NCBI GenBank assembly: GCA_044226015.1
Contig: JBGAHS010000001.1
Location: forward strand, 416,001 to 480,000
DNA length: 64,000 bases
DNA from: Candidatus Obscuribacteraceae bacterium
GTDB taxonomy: Bacteria > Cyanobacteriota > Vampirovibrionia > Obscuribacterales > Obscuribacteraceae
Direction: 5' to 3'
A program made the position numbers and the translations under genes. Below are positions 46,989-58,800 of the stretch, in pieces. A model generated the notes under the pieces. The model saw nothing but the letters and a program-made list of their open reading frames with translations. It ran no database searches and had not been told where the DNA came from. Position 1 is the stretch's first letter. Each line of letters begins with the position of its first letter.

Positions 46989-48215
46989 CTAATATCTGGC
47001 GAGTGATGGCGCGAAGGCATCGTTCATGTACACGTGCTGAACCATGCGCTCGAAATCAAGCGTCAACTTATCCTCGGCGAACTTATCCTGAACGTTTTGC
47101 TTCAATTCGGCAAGTTGTGCGCTGCTAGGTGGTGTCTTGCGCCACTCCTCTAACCTTGCTGCCAGTGCTCCATCGGCGTTCATGTCCACCATCCAGTGCT
47201 CATCTTCCAAAATGTACTTTGCGCCACCGTGTGGATGGCACAAGACTGGAAGTCCCGAAATGGCGGCTTCAATAATCACTGCGCCCAGACCTTCGTAGAG
47301 ACTGCACAGAGCAAAGACATCTGCCAGGCGCATCATGTCTTGAACCTGCTTTTCCGGCACGGTGACAAATCTGACTCTATCCCCAAGCTTTTCTTTTCCC
47401 AGTTTTTGGAGCTGTTCGCCTTCTGGCTCTGGCTGTCCGCAGATAAGCAGGTGGCAGCGCTTGTCCTGAATCTTCGCTACTTCATTTATAAGGTGGTCAA
47501 TTCGTTTGTGGTGGCTGTTCCATGCAGAAACACAAATTACGATCCAATCATCAGCTGCATAACCATGTTCAGCACGCAGGTCCGCTTTGCTACGGGTTGA
47601 TATCATATGCGGTACTATGTTGGGAAGCACCGTCATTTTTGAGGCAGGAATTCCAAACCTCAGTGCTTCTTCGTAAGCATCAGTGTGCAGATGTTGGATG
47701 TAGTCAAATTGTTGGTAAGTTTGAGGGCGGAAGCCGCCGCCATTTGCAAAAATAATCTTGTATGGGTTGCCAGTAATTTTTCTGAACTCATAAAGAACAT
47801 GTGCCAGCGGCACTTCTTTTGTCCAAACGACTTCGGGCTGCCATTTCTCTTTTGACTCTTTGATCAAGCCGAAAGAGTAACTGGTTTGCTCAAGAGCATA
47901 AGCTATTCTCCAGAGCTTTTCTTTCTCAACAAAGCTCAGCATATTGAGCGGAAATTTGAGCCAATCATTCCGATTGATGCAGCTTATCTTCTTTGCGCCC
48001 GGGTATTCCGCGCCTGCGAAGAGTTTTACGTCCAGGTCTTGTTTATTTTGAGAGGTGACAGCGTTGAAGAATCGAGCAGTTGATATTTCAAAACCCCGAT
48101 TGATAGCTCCCAGACCGCTGCTGAACATTGCCAGCCGAATAGGGCGGGCAGTATCAAATGAACTGCGAGACAGGTCGTTCCTTTCTGCATTCGAGCCGCT
48201 AAATTCTTGCACCAT
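46989..48215 (-). CDS. Glycosyltransferase family 4 (GT-B)
   Basis: LPN, KRIDHLI, ADVFALCSLYEGLGAVIIEAAISGLPV (Ex7E motif); start at ATG 48215 or track TTG 48230. Confidence 0.9.
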   Translation of the reverse strand: MVQEFSGSNAERNDLSRSSFDTARPIRLAMFSSGLGAINRGFEISTARFFNAVTSQNKQDLDVKLFAGAEYPGAKKISCINRNDWLKFPLNMLSFVEKEKLWRIAYALEQTSYSFGLIKESKEKWQPEVVWTKEVPLAHVLYEFRKITGNPYKIIFANGGGFRPQTYQQFDYIQHLHTDAYEEALRFGIPASKMTVLPNIVPHMISTRSKADLRAEHGYAADDWIVICVSAWNSHHKRIDHLINEVAKIQDKRCHLLICGQPEPEGEQLQKLGKEKLGDRVRFVTVPEKQVQDMMRLADVFALCSLYEGLGAVIIEAAISGLPVLCHPHGGAKYILEDEHWMVDMNADGALAARLEEWRKTPPSSAQLAELKQNVQDKFAEDKLTLDFERMVQHVYMNDAFAPSLARY

Positions 48216-48317
48216 AATTGCGAATTCCAAAAATAATTCGAACGGGACGAGTTACCGGCAAAATTGGTTGAGCTAAATCAAGCAGAATACCTAATGTTAT
48301 TTTATCCAACATGTCGC

Positions 48318-51300
48318 TCAATCTAACCCTTGGAAATTGCGAACATAAGCAATACAGATTCTTCTACTTTCATCAACGAGGACCGGACAGGTGTAGACTG
48401 AACCAATCCCTCCGGAGTTCCCGTCATTTGGGATTTTTGCTTTGACTTGCAAAACATCTTGAAAGCCATGCTGAGCAATGACTTCGAAGAATTTGGGGTT
48501 CCCTTGAAATCCAGTGCCGTGAGATTTTGCTGCAGCTTCTTTAGCTGTCCAAATTACGGCTATGGCTCTGGCTTGCTCTGAAACAGCTAGCTTGTTGACC
48601 CAGGCGAGTTCATCTTTATTGAAGGCTAAATCAATGAAGCCATTCTCTCGTTCTTTGATCTCCTCCACGTCAATTCCCGCAAATCTTTGAGGCTCAGGGG
48701 CTTCAGCGATAGCAACGGCTGTACTATCGCTGTGCGATATCGAAATTTGGGGAAGCAATTTCGTGTCAACAGAGATGTGGGCGCGGAATTTCGCCTCTGC
48801 GTTTCCAGCCAGAGCGGTTCGAATTTCAATGTCAGCCGGTTTCAATTTTAATCCGTGGTAGTTTCTAAGATAAAAACGTACCGCGTCCTTAGCGGCAATT
48901 CGTCCGCATATCCAATCAAGGCGACGCTTTTCAGCCTTACCAATTCGTTTCCATTCGCTTTGTTCAGCCGGTGTAAGGATATAGTCGCTTAACCAATCAA
49001 GCGTGGTTTCGTCGGAAGGCAATTCGCTCTTATTAATGATGGAAACGGCAAGATTTTTTTCTTTCTTATCGATTTCGTATTCGGAGCAAATGAAATGCGC
49101 GGGGTCGTGAATGAAATTTTCTAGCTTTTCTGAAAGGAGAATGGCGCGGCTACTCACATCATTGACTCTGGCCAGCACCTGTCCATCCCAATTAGACAAC
49201 TCAATTCTTGCTTCAGTTCCTCGTTGAGTCATTGAACGCAGATTTGCCTGTGCATGCAATCTTTTACCTGTGTAATGACCATCATAGCCTTCGAAAAATT
49301 CGATGCTATCGATATGGAATGGTAATAGCGCTATAGCCGGAATGTTATGTTCGTACATCTGGTATAGGACGAATTGGCTTGAGTTGTCTAACAAGAGCGG
49401 GTCTAACACCATCTTCGCCTTGTCGACACTCTGTGATGTAAACCAATCATCGGCTGTACGGCAATCGACAGTTCCTTCGATGCTGCGGCGTGAAACTCTG
49501 TCAATGCTGCTGACTGATTGCATGCGTGGTCCATGGAACATGCTTCCTTGCTTGTACAAGCTATGAGGCGAAAGCTTTGAAGATCTGGCTTCGTCAAAAC
49601 TGAATTCCGATTTAGTTGGACCTGCTGCTAGCGATTCGTCAAATTCCACAACGCAAGAAGCTAGAATGTTGTTTTCATCTTCTTCTGCATCGGAAGTACA
49701 GATTCTTGCCTCCACTGTATTCTCTTTTGATGAACGCAGTTCCAAATTCAATGTCAGCGTTTCTTGTTCGCAGCGAATTCTTTTGTAAGCTCGAATATCT
49801 CGCAGTCGTATAACAACTTGCTCGGGGTAAATCAAACTGGCGCCTTCCGCCATTATTTCAAGCGCCACCATGAGTGGTAGCAGATGAACTCTGCTTGAAT
49901 GCTCTGTGCTGCATACATTGCCGCCTATGGCATGGTCCAATAAAAATTTGTGCTCGTTAGTATCAAGTTGAACTTGCAACACGAAGGCATCGTTGCTTGA
50001 CTGTAAGGCTGGAGATGGAATAAACGCAAATGATCCCGGCAAGGAAATAGATTCGTATTGCCGCATGAAGTCTTCCTCCTGGCTCGCTTGCATGTAGGCG
50101 AGCATCAGGTTTTCTTGCGTGTTCAAAAGTGATTGTTGAAACTCTTGCATGGTCGAGAGGTAAGTTAGCATCACATCACCAGGCAAGCCGATATCTCCGA
50201 CGAAGGGGTCGAGATCCTGGTCGATTTCATTTGCTAGCTCCGCGATAGTGGGGTCTGACAGATCAACCAATGATGGTAGATCGTTATCAGCCCATTGCAT
50301 GAACTGGTAAATCGCGTTGCTGACCTGAAGGCTCTCAAGCTGAAATTTGTCTCTGTCTACGCGGCGATGATAGAGCGGCATCAAGTTGACGTGAATACCG
50401 TTTGCGATCAGCTTTGCCAGAAGAACGTGGAATTGGTCTATTCCTCGTCGAGTTTGAAGATCGGCAGCAAGCGCAATATGTTCTTTGCCTTTTAGTACTT
50501 CCGAAATGAAAGGAATCAAGCCACCTTTTGGACCTGCCTCTACATATATTCTGCTGCCCTCGAGGTAAGTTTTTTCGATGGTTTGTCTCAGGCAAATCGT
50601 TTTTTCAAACAAGTCGGTCGAAATCTTTCTGATTTCAGCGCCGGACTCTGGATATTTTGACGCTAGAGAGCAAGACCATGATTCTATTGATGGTGCATTC
50701 ATGGTCAACATTTGCACTTCATCACTCTCATGGCTGACTTTGCCCGCGACCAGGGGCGTGTGATATGGCACCGCTACAGGCAGAGGCAGAAACTCGATGG
50801 ATTCTGCCTTTAGCTTCGAAGACAGCAAATCGATACTATCTCTGGTGCCTGAAATCAGAACACAGGTCTCACTTAAATCCGCACCGACATAAACTGGGGT
50901 TGCCATAGAATCCAGAACTGTTTTCAGTTTCCCATCAGTGGAAGCTGCAACCCTAATGGTTTTCAAATTGGCCAGTTGTGAAACTGACACCGAGCGAGAG
51001 ACTTGCGTGCTCAGGTGGTAAAAAGTCTGGGCTGCTTGAAACAGGTTGACCATTTCAGCCATGCACATCACAGTGAACTCGCCTGTGCTGCAGCCAATTA
51101 ATACATCTGCGTTGACATCTAGCTTCTTAAGTAGCGCGTAAATGGCGTATTGAGCAAGAATCAAGGTGATGACTGCGGAGTCCATTGTTGCCAGCATTGC
51201 GGGGCTGCTTCCTTGTTTCGAGCCTGCCACGGGAAAAATTGCTCTGCTGGGAACAGTTTTATCACCGGCCCTGAGCGCCAGCCTTTCGATGAAATCAAAG

Positions 51301-52811
51301 ACCTGTCGAATTTCTGGAAAATAGAAACAAAGGTCCTCCAGCATATTTGGGTATGCTGCGCCGAGACCCGCCAGAACAAAGGCAAGTTTGCCTGGTTTCG
51401 ATGCTGCTTCGCCAGAATAATAAATGCCTGTATGCCCGCTTCCGGTTGGAATGGATTTCGTAGCTGAGTTAGCCAGATGTTCAATGGCAAGAGCCAGAAA
51501 ATCACAGAACTCTTCGAATGTTCCAGCAATGATGCTCAAAGCAAACTTGCTTTCATTACTTCGCTGTACGCAATTAGTTAAGTAGGCTGATTCCCAGAGG
51601 GGAAGCTGCGCCAACATGGACAAATTATTTTGTGCTTTTAGGAGTTCTTGAAGAAGTTCTTCTCTGCTACCAGCAGAGTAAACGAAAAGTTCGCTTGATT
51701 GCTTCAGTAATTTGTTGACTGTGATCTCATCTATGTCATTTCCCCTTTCGCTCAGGAGAATGCCCTGTCTTTCCAGGCTTATGTAAGCACGCCGAGGATG
51801 CGCAGGTTCGGCGGGAGATACCGGATGCACCCAGGGGCGGGCTGCTTGGGTTTGCAAAATTGTATCCGGTAGTTTTTCGTTGTCGAGCTGCAACTTGTAA
51901 GATTCGAATTTCGAAGATGGTATCACTCGTTGGTGCAGAGCAAGGCATGACGATATCACTGCCATAAGCGGCGTGATTAACTTACTAGTGTGTGACAACG
52001 CCATGGCGAGGGATGAGGCAAAGCAAATTTGATCGTGTTTTGTCCATACGGCATCTTTCTGTGGCATTTCGGCCGAAGCGCGAGAACAATAGTTTCTCAA
52101 TTGCTTAAATGCGCTGGATAATTTCGCTGACTCTAACCAACGAGCGTCGCAAGTTTCTATAAAAGAGACTGCGCTCACTTCTACGTTCAAGTCAGCAAAT
52201 CGACTTAGTTCGGTTTGAAGTGAAAACAAGCAGGCGTCGTCCTGATCTTCTGCGGAATCCTCCTGCACGCTAGCTATTTGTGCAAGAGCAGGATGCTCAG
52301 CATTGCCATATGAATGCTGTACGTTAGCGTAAGAATTCAGCTTATTAGCTTTGTTAGCGGTTGCAAGCAAAACGGCAGCTGCGCAATCTGCGCCCTCCAT
52401 TTTGTCAAATGAGCAGTCCAGGGCAAAATCACATTCGCCTCTGTCTAGCCAATTCAGCGCTTCTGCCAGGCTGTCTTCGCTGCTGTCATATAGCATGATT
52501 GTGAGGTCGCGCGAATAATTTGACTGGAAGTGCTCTTGCAATGCAAATGCAATTTGTCCATCATTTAAATAGTCTTCGGATAAGCTCACAAAAATTGCAG
52601 TGTTTTGCGGAATCTGTTTTAGCCCCGCGTCAGCGAATGCTTCAACGCAAACCGCGATTAAAGTCTCATCTGAACTCAGTGCTGCTTCCCGATTTTGCTC
52701 CACCCCTGTGCGAAGAGGTGAATAATAGGCTTGCACCAAATCATGGACTGAGTTAATCGTTTTCAGTCTGCACGCAAGTCCTATTGCAACATGTGGAAGA
52801 GCTGGTCTCAT
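48318..52811 (-). CDS. PKS partner protein: inactive KS-like - AT - DH - 4'-phosphopantetheinyl transferase
   Basis: KS remnant (RPWVHP...HPRRAYIS, no catalytic DxAC or HGTGT); AT GCSTG and VPYHTP; DH FLLDHAIGG...LLP and DNSSQ; PPTase GRIAAKDA, ISISHS, GIDVE, WTAKEAAAK. Confidence 0.85.
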   Translation of the reverse strand: MRPALPHVAIGLACRLKTINSVHDLVQAYYSPLRTGVEQNREAALSSDETLIAVCVEAFADAGLKQIPQNTAIFVSLSEDYLNDGQIAFALQEHFQSNYSRDLTIMLYDSSEDSLAEALNWLDRGECDFALDCSFDKMEGADCAAAVLLATANKANKLNSYANVQHSYGNAEHPALAQIASVQEDSAEDQDDACLFSLQTELSRFADLNVEVSAVSFIETCDARWLESAKLSSAFKQLRNYCSRASAEMPQKDAVWTKHDQICFASSLAMALSHTSKLITPLMAVISSCLALHQRVIPSSKFESYKLQLDNEKLPDTILQTQAARPWVHPVSPAEPAHPRRAYISLERQGILLSERGNDIDEITVNKLLKQSSELFVYSAGSREELLQELLKAQNNLSMLAQLPLWESAYLTNCVQRSNESKFALSIIAGTFEEFCDFLALAIEHLANSATKSIPTGSGHTGIYYSGEAASKPGKLAFVLAGLGAAYPNMLEDLCFYFPEIRQVFDFIERLALRAGDKTVPSRAIFPVAGSKQGSSPAMLATMDSAVITLILAQYAIYALLKKLDVNADVLIGCSTGEFTVMCMAEMVNLFQAAQTFYHLSTQVSRSVSVSQLANLKTIRVAASTDGKLKTVLDSMATPVYVGADLSETCVLISGTRDSIDLLSSKLKAESIEFLPLPVAVPYHTPLVAGKVSHESDEVQMLTMNAPSIESWSCSLASKYPESGAEIRKISTDLFEKTICLRQTIEKTYLEGSRIYVEAGPKGGLIPFISEVLKGKEHIALAADLQTRRGIDQFHVLLAKLIANGIHVNLMPLYHRRVDRDKFQLESLQVSNAIYQFMQWADNDLPSLVDLSDPTIAELANEIDQDLDPFVGDIGLPGDVMLTYLSTMQEFQQSLLNTQENLMLAYMQASQEEDFMRQYESISLPGSFAFIPSPALQSSNDAFVLQVQLDTNEHKFLLDHAIGGNVCSTEHSSRVHLLPLMVALEIMAEGASLIYPEQVVIRLRDIRAYKRIRCEQETLTLNLELRSSKENTVEARICTSDAEEDENNILASCVVEFDESLAAGPTKSEFSFDEARSSKLSPHSLYKQGSMFHGPRMQSVSSIDRVSRRSIEGTVDCRTADDWFTSQSVDKAKMVLDPLLLDNSSQFVLYQMYEHNIPAIALLPFHIDSIEFFEGYDGHYTGKRLHAQANLRSMTQRGTEARIELSNWDGQVLARVNDVSSRAILLSEKLENFIHDPAHFICSEYEIDKKEKNLAVSIINKSELPSDETTLDWLSDYILTPAEQSEWKRIGKAEKRRLDWICGRIAAKDAVRFYLRNYHGLKLKPADIEIRTALAGNAEAKFRAHISVDTKLLPQISISHSDSTAVAIAEAPEPQRFAGIDVEEIKERENGFIDLAFNKDELAWVNKLAVSEQARAIAVIWTAKEAAAKSHGTGFQGNPKFFEVIAQHGFQDVLQVKAKIPNDGNSGGIGSVYTCPVLVDESRRICIAYVRNFQGLD

Positions 52812-55800
52812 TTGCTATTTTCGTTTTTTGATTTCGCCAGTCGATTTAGAGACTTACTGCCTGTGCCGCCCAAGCCTTCGATAAGCATAATAAGTCTGCC
52901 TACTTCGTCATAAACTGCCAGGTCACAAAGCAATTCACCATTTTTGCTTTCATTAGGAACTTTCACTGTTGCATTGAAGTTCTTTCCAACAGGAGAGCTG
53001 AAAAGGTGAAGCGTCTTGAAACCTACTGGTAACACTGTGATGTCCATGTAATGGCGCGCCCAAATGCCTGCCAGCTGCATGGCACTGTCCATCAATAGCG
53101 GGTCGATGAGCCAGGATTCTTTTCCTGATTCTTTCAATGCTTGATTAATCGGAGTAGATTTCAGCTTGCCACTAATACCATTTTTGCCGAGAGCGTGAAT
53201 GTTGCTTATGCCCTGGAAGAGTGGTCCGTGGAACATCCAATTATCATAAATGAAATCAACCGTAGGAAGATCGCTCTCTTCATCGATGAAAACACTGGGC
53301 ACAAACTCAGTTGTGAAAAGTGAATCTGCCGGTAATTTTGCCGGAACGTCTCGGCGTGATAAGACGGCGCGGGCGATGAAGTTCTTGCGGCTCTGGTTTG
53401 TGCCAGTACTTAGCGACACGTTCACGGTTATGTCAGAATCAGTTCTTGATTCCTCTTGCAGTGAAATGTAGAGATCTTTAGCACCACTCTCAATTACGAT
53501 GCCCTGTGGAATGTCGAGTCGTACGAGTTTACGAAATTCGAATTCTGAGTATTTGAATTGGGCAGCTTCTGCTAATAATTCCGTTGCCACTGCCATCGGT
53601 AGCACCGGCATGCCGTTGAATGTATGGTCATTGAGGTAAGTGTCAATGTTAGTGTCAATACGCAGTCTTAGCAACATCGAACCTGCGCTGTCCTGTACGA
53701 CTTCAGCTCGATGAAGTCGTGCACCACGCGCCTTTATGTTTTGAGACGCATGTGCACCATTGCCGCCTATGTGAGCCGCTGTGCCGTTGGCTCCATTGCT
53801 GTCATCGTGCTTTTGGGGCAGCATTCCCACAAGAAGAACTTCGGCGTCGGCTTTCTTTCCGCTGCTCAGTTCCTGGTAGAAGTTTTTGCGTCCGTCCATT
53901 GCTTCAATCATTGACCAGCCAAAGCGGGCGAACACTGACTCAAGCTCTGCTTGTGCCATGCCACCTCTCCAGGGACCCCAACCGATGCTCAGCACACGAG
54001 CGTTAGAGCGATTATTTAGCTGTATTGCCAACTTGTTCAATACTTCGTTGGCAGCCACATAGTCTATTTGTCCAGCATTGCCAGTTCTGCCTACAACGGA
54101 GGAAAAGAGAACTAAGTACTTCAAAGAATCAAGATCAAGCCTGCTTGCTAGCGTGAGTGCTGCATCTATCTTCGTACTGAAAACTCTGTCGAATGATTCC
54201 AGCGATTTGTCTTTCAAGAATGCGTCTTCGATTACTCCAGCACCTTGAATTACAACGTCAATTTTGCCGAAGCTATCGTAGAGCTTATCTAACAAATTAG
54301 AGAATGCTGCGTGATCTCTCACATCTAATGAATAGTAGTGAACCTTTGCGCCTGTTGCTTCAATCTTCGCAAGATTGTTGCGAATTTCTCTATCTTTAAT
54401 CAGCTGCTGGTACACATGTTCTATTGCGGGAACAGACAGCGTCTTTCCTTCTTTTCGCAATCTATCCATGATTGCTGCTTTCAATTCTTTGACCGTGGAC
54501 AATCCTTTGTATTGGGGATCTTCCTGAGCCACAGGACGTGCTCCGCGTCCGATGATTACGAAGTGTGGTTTATGCTGTTCTGCGATTTCCAGGCAGAGCT
54601 CAGCGGTTATTCCACGTGCTCCACCTGTCACGAGCACGACTGAACTGCTGTCGAGATCAAGTTCTGCGCTTTCAGCGTCTTGAATTGGTGATGGAACCGC
54701 GACCGGTGTGAATCGTTTGCCATCTTTATAAGCAACTTCAACCTGACTCTTATCGGTATTTCCAAGCTCTGTAAGAACTGCCTGGGCAATCACGAATTTA
54801 TCATCAAGCTCTTCAAAGTCCAGGCATCGCGAGAGCGATGATGGAAATTCTCTTGAAATAGATTTGATCATTCCGGCGCTTGCTGCTTGAATCGGATTAA
54901 CTGGGTACTTTGATTCCAACCCGAAGCTGCCACCAAGGCTAGTGGCTGCAATTAATTTGAATCCTTCATTAGACTTCGCCAGAGGAACCAGAAGTTCCTT
55001 CACCGTGGTGAAAAGGCTTCTCGGTATCAAGTAGCCCTGTTCTTTTTCTTCACGTGACGGCGTAACTTGTTGACGTGCTGCTAGCGGAAGCAGGTGGATT
55101 AACCCAGCAATTCGCATTTGTTGCTTGCTAACAGCTGTGTTGAGGGCTTCAACTGCATGCTGACTGCAGAGATCTATTTCGAGTTTGCTTGAACTTGGCG
55201 AGATAGAAACTGCCACACCGGAATTGGGTTTGTGTTTGAGAATAAGTGTCTTGGCTCCGGCTGTTTTCAGCTTCGTTGCCACCATTTCTGCCAGCCCATC
55301 TTCAGAGTCGCTAATCAGATACAACCCAGTAAGGCTAATTGGAGATTTAGCCAGAGCCGGAAGTTCTTGCATTTTGACTAGAGCACGACCAATCAGGCTC
55401 TCTGTTTTCTTTGTTTGCGCTGCTCGCGTTTCTACCTTTGCAGAGCTGGCATTCGGGCGAGCTCTGCTTGGGTGCACCAGTTCGAGCACTTCAGGACGTG
55501 CGCCCTTAGCGAGGTCGGCCAGGTCACTGCGAATCCAATCGGTAATGCCAGAGAGCGTGCGCGTACCAGCTAACTTCTCGATACTTCCTTCAAGTTCATT
55601 TTGAATCTCTTCAGGTAACAGTTTTCGGAAGTTATTCAAAATTTCAACTCGTTTAATTGAGTCGATTCCAAGGTCAGCTTCCAGGTCGAGGCTTGGGTCT
55701 AGCATATCTGCGGGATAACCAGTGCGTTCTGAGACAATTTCGATAAGCTGAATGATCAACTTTTCGCTGTCTATCCCATGGCTGCCATTACCATTGCCGT

Positions 55801-58800
55801 TGCCACCATTGCCATTGCTCTTTGCTCCATTGGTACCAGCTGCGGTGTCATGGTGTATGTCGGAGCCGCCATCCTGGCGGCGATCCCCGGATCCGTTTCC
55901 GGATGCAGCTCCAGCTTGGGTAGTGGGTTGTGCTGTCGGATGTGTACCATTACCCGGTGTGTATGTTGCCGTCTGGGGCTTTGGCGTTTGCTGATTTGCA
56001 TTTTGCAAATCATTTGAATTCGCAGGCATGTGTTTTGTCTGCGCTGATTGCTGTGCTTGCAACGCAGAATTGTTAGCCATCAGGTTTTGAGCGTTGGCGC
56101 CGTTTTGCCCACCTCGTTGGAGGTAGCTCATCATTACCTTCTCTTGCGTTTGGAGGAATGAGTTCGTCATTTCAAGCATCGAACGCTGAAATTCCATCAT
56201 GACCTGAGCTTTAGGAGTGCCAGCCACTGCTGGCGAAGGCGGCTGCGAAATGGATTGAGCGCCTGAGCTAGTGTTTGGACGAAGTTCCGGTTGTGTAGAG
56301 CCATTCTTATGCGGTGGCGATACTTGTTGCGAGCCTGTTGCTGAATACGAACTCGCTTTCGGCGCGATGGATCCTTGCACTTGCGATGCTTTTGCAGCTG
56401 TCGAACTCGATGAAACTACGGGCTTTGCGGCTGGCGTTTGAGTTGTAATCTCTCTGGCATTGCTTTGGTTGTTGTCTGCGGCAAGTCTTGCGTGACGAAC
56501 TGCTTCCTCTGCTGGACGGTTCGCTGCCAGAGTGTTTTTGCCGTCAAATCGTTTGACATGCGATCCATTAATAAGGTACATGAGTTTTGGCTTTGATTTT
56601 TGAAGCGCCGATTTTTCAGGAAGAATATTCTCAACTCTGTGCTTATACAGCTTGGATTGATCCGCATCTACACCAGCTATTAACGCTTGCGCAATCAAAT
56701 GCTGCAGCTGAGTGATACCATGTTTTCCGTTTCTTTCCAGCGACAAAGTTAGGTGCTCTTTGCCATCAAGTATGTCAGAGACAAGTCCAGTGAGAACGGT
56801 GCCAGGACCGCACTCGACAAATATACGAGCACCAGCTTCGTACATTTGTTCAACCATCTGCTGAAACTCAACGGGTTTCACTAAATGATCGCAAAGCAAT
56901 GATGCAATTTGCTCTGGCTTACTTGGGTAAGGGTTAGCCAGCGTGTTTGAATACACTGGTATTTCAGGAGCATGAAGAGTCACATCAACAATGGCTTTTG
57001 ATAAGGCTTTGAGAGCTGGTTCCATAAGAGGTGAGTGGAAAGCAGCGGACACAGCAATGGGTTTTGACTTGACCTTGTTTTCATCAAGAACGCGGCTAGC
57101 TTCATCAAGCGCTGAAACTTCGCCCGAAATGATGCATTGCTTTGGAGAGTTTAAATTTGCAAGTGTGACATCCTTCAAATGTGCAATAAGACGTCGTACT
57201 TCGTTGCCGTTAGCCGCTACAGCTGCCATACTTCCCGACTTCTTCCCATTTGTCGATTTGAGAATATGACCTCTCGCTTCTGAAACTCTGAAGAGGTCAT
57301 CGGTATTCATTGTTCCGGCAGCGCATAGTGCTACGTATTCACCAAAACTATGACCAGCACACATGTCTGGTTTAATTCCGAGGTCTTCCATAAGGGAATA
57401 TGCAGCGATATCGGCCGCAGCAATAGCAGGTTGTGCTACGTGCGTGTCGGTCAGCATCGCTCTTTGTTGTTTACGACCGGTCTCGTTGAAGACCGGAGTT
57501 GGGAAGACAAATCGGCTCAGTTTCTGTGTGAACTTCTCTGCAAGAACGCGGTCTGCTGTTTCGAAAGTCTCTCTTACGCAGGCAAATGAGAGACTCAGAT
57601 CACCAAGCATGTTCAGTTGCTGCGAACCCTGGCCGGGAAATAAGAACGCAACTTTTCCAAAAGCTTCGTGAAGGCGCTCTTCGAAAAACACACCTCGTGG
57701 ATCTTTCAGGCTCTTCTTGCTTTCATCTTTAATCACAGATTTTGCAAGTTCCAATTTCTTGAGCAAGTCCTCGCCACTGCTTGCGATAACAGCAAGCGTG
57801 TGGTGATGGTGCTTAGTGTTTGCACAAGGGGGCATCGAACTTTGAACCAGATGGTGTCTGTAAGCCAACTCGAAAAGGCTGGCGATATCATGGTTACCTG
57901 ATGGTCCTCTGTGTTGGCTTGCGTTTTCCAACATCTTCTTGCAGTTATTTTCCAACGACTCAATTTGCTTTTCGAGTTGTGTTCTGCTTGCTGTACGCAG
58001 TGTAAATAGTTCAGTTGGGAAATCTCGCACTGCAGATTCTTGTCGGTAGTGCTTTTGACCTTCATATTCTTCCAGTACTGTGTGGAAGTTCGTGCCACCG
58101 AAGCCGAATGCACTAACACCAGCTCTGCGTGGATGCTGCAACTCTTGCTTGTTGTGAATCCAGGGGCGCACTTCAGTGTTAATAAAGAATGGCGAACTTT
58201 CAAAGTTGCATGCTGGGTTCGGATTCTCCACACCCATAGTTGGAGGAAGAACTTTATGGTAGAGAGCCCGAGCCACTTTAATTACAGAAGCAAGACCTGC
58301 GGCGCACTTCGTATGCCCAATCATTGTTTTTACTGAACCAAGGGCACATACCTGTTGTGCTGCTTCGTGTTCTTCAAAAACTCGGCGTAATGCTTCGAAC
58401 TCGGCTTTGTCACCAGCCACGGTGCCTGTGCCGTGAGCTTCTACGAGTCCGACGGTAGATGGTGAAACGCCAGCGTCATCGTAAGCGCGCTCGAGCGCGA
58501 CCATCTGCCCTGCTGGTCGCGGAGCTGTAAGGCTGAGATCTCTGCCATCGGATGAACCGCCGATGCCGCGAACAAGTGCGTAAATTCTGTCGCCATCTCT
58601 TTCAGCATCTGACAATCGTTTCAACACGAGTACAGCCATTCCCTCGCTGATGACGATGCCGTCTGCGCTGGCGTCAAATGTTCGGCAACGACCACGAGGC
58701 GAGAGTGCATGCGTCTTGCTGAAACTCAGGAAGTCGCCCGGTTGATTATGGGTGTCTGTCGCAGCTAGAAGCACCATGTCGCTAGAACCGGCTCTCAACT

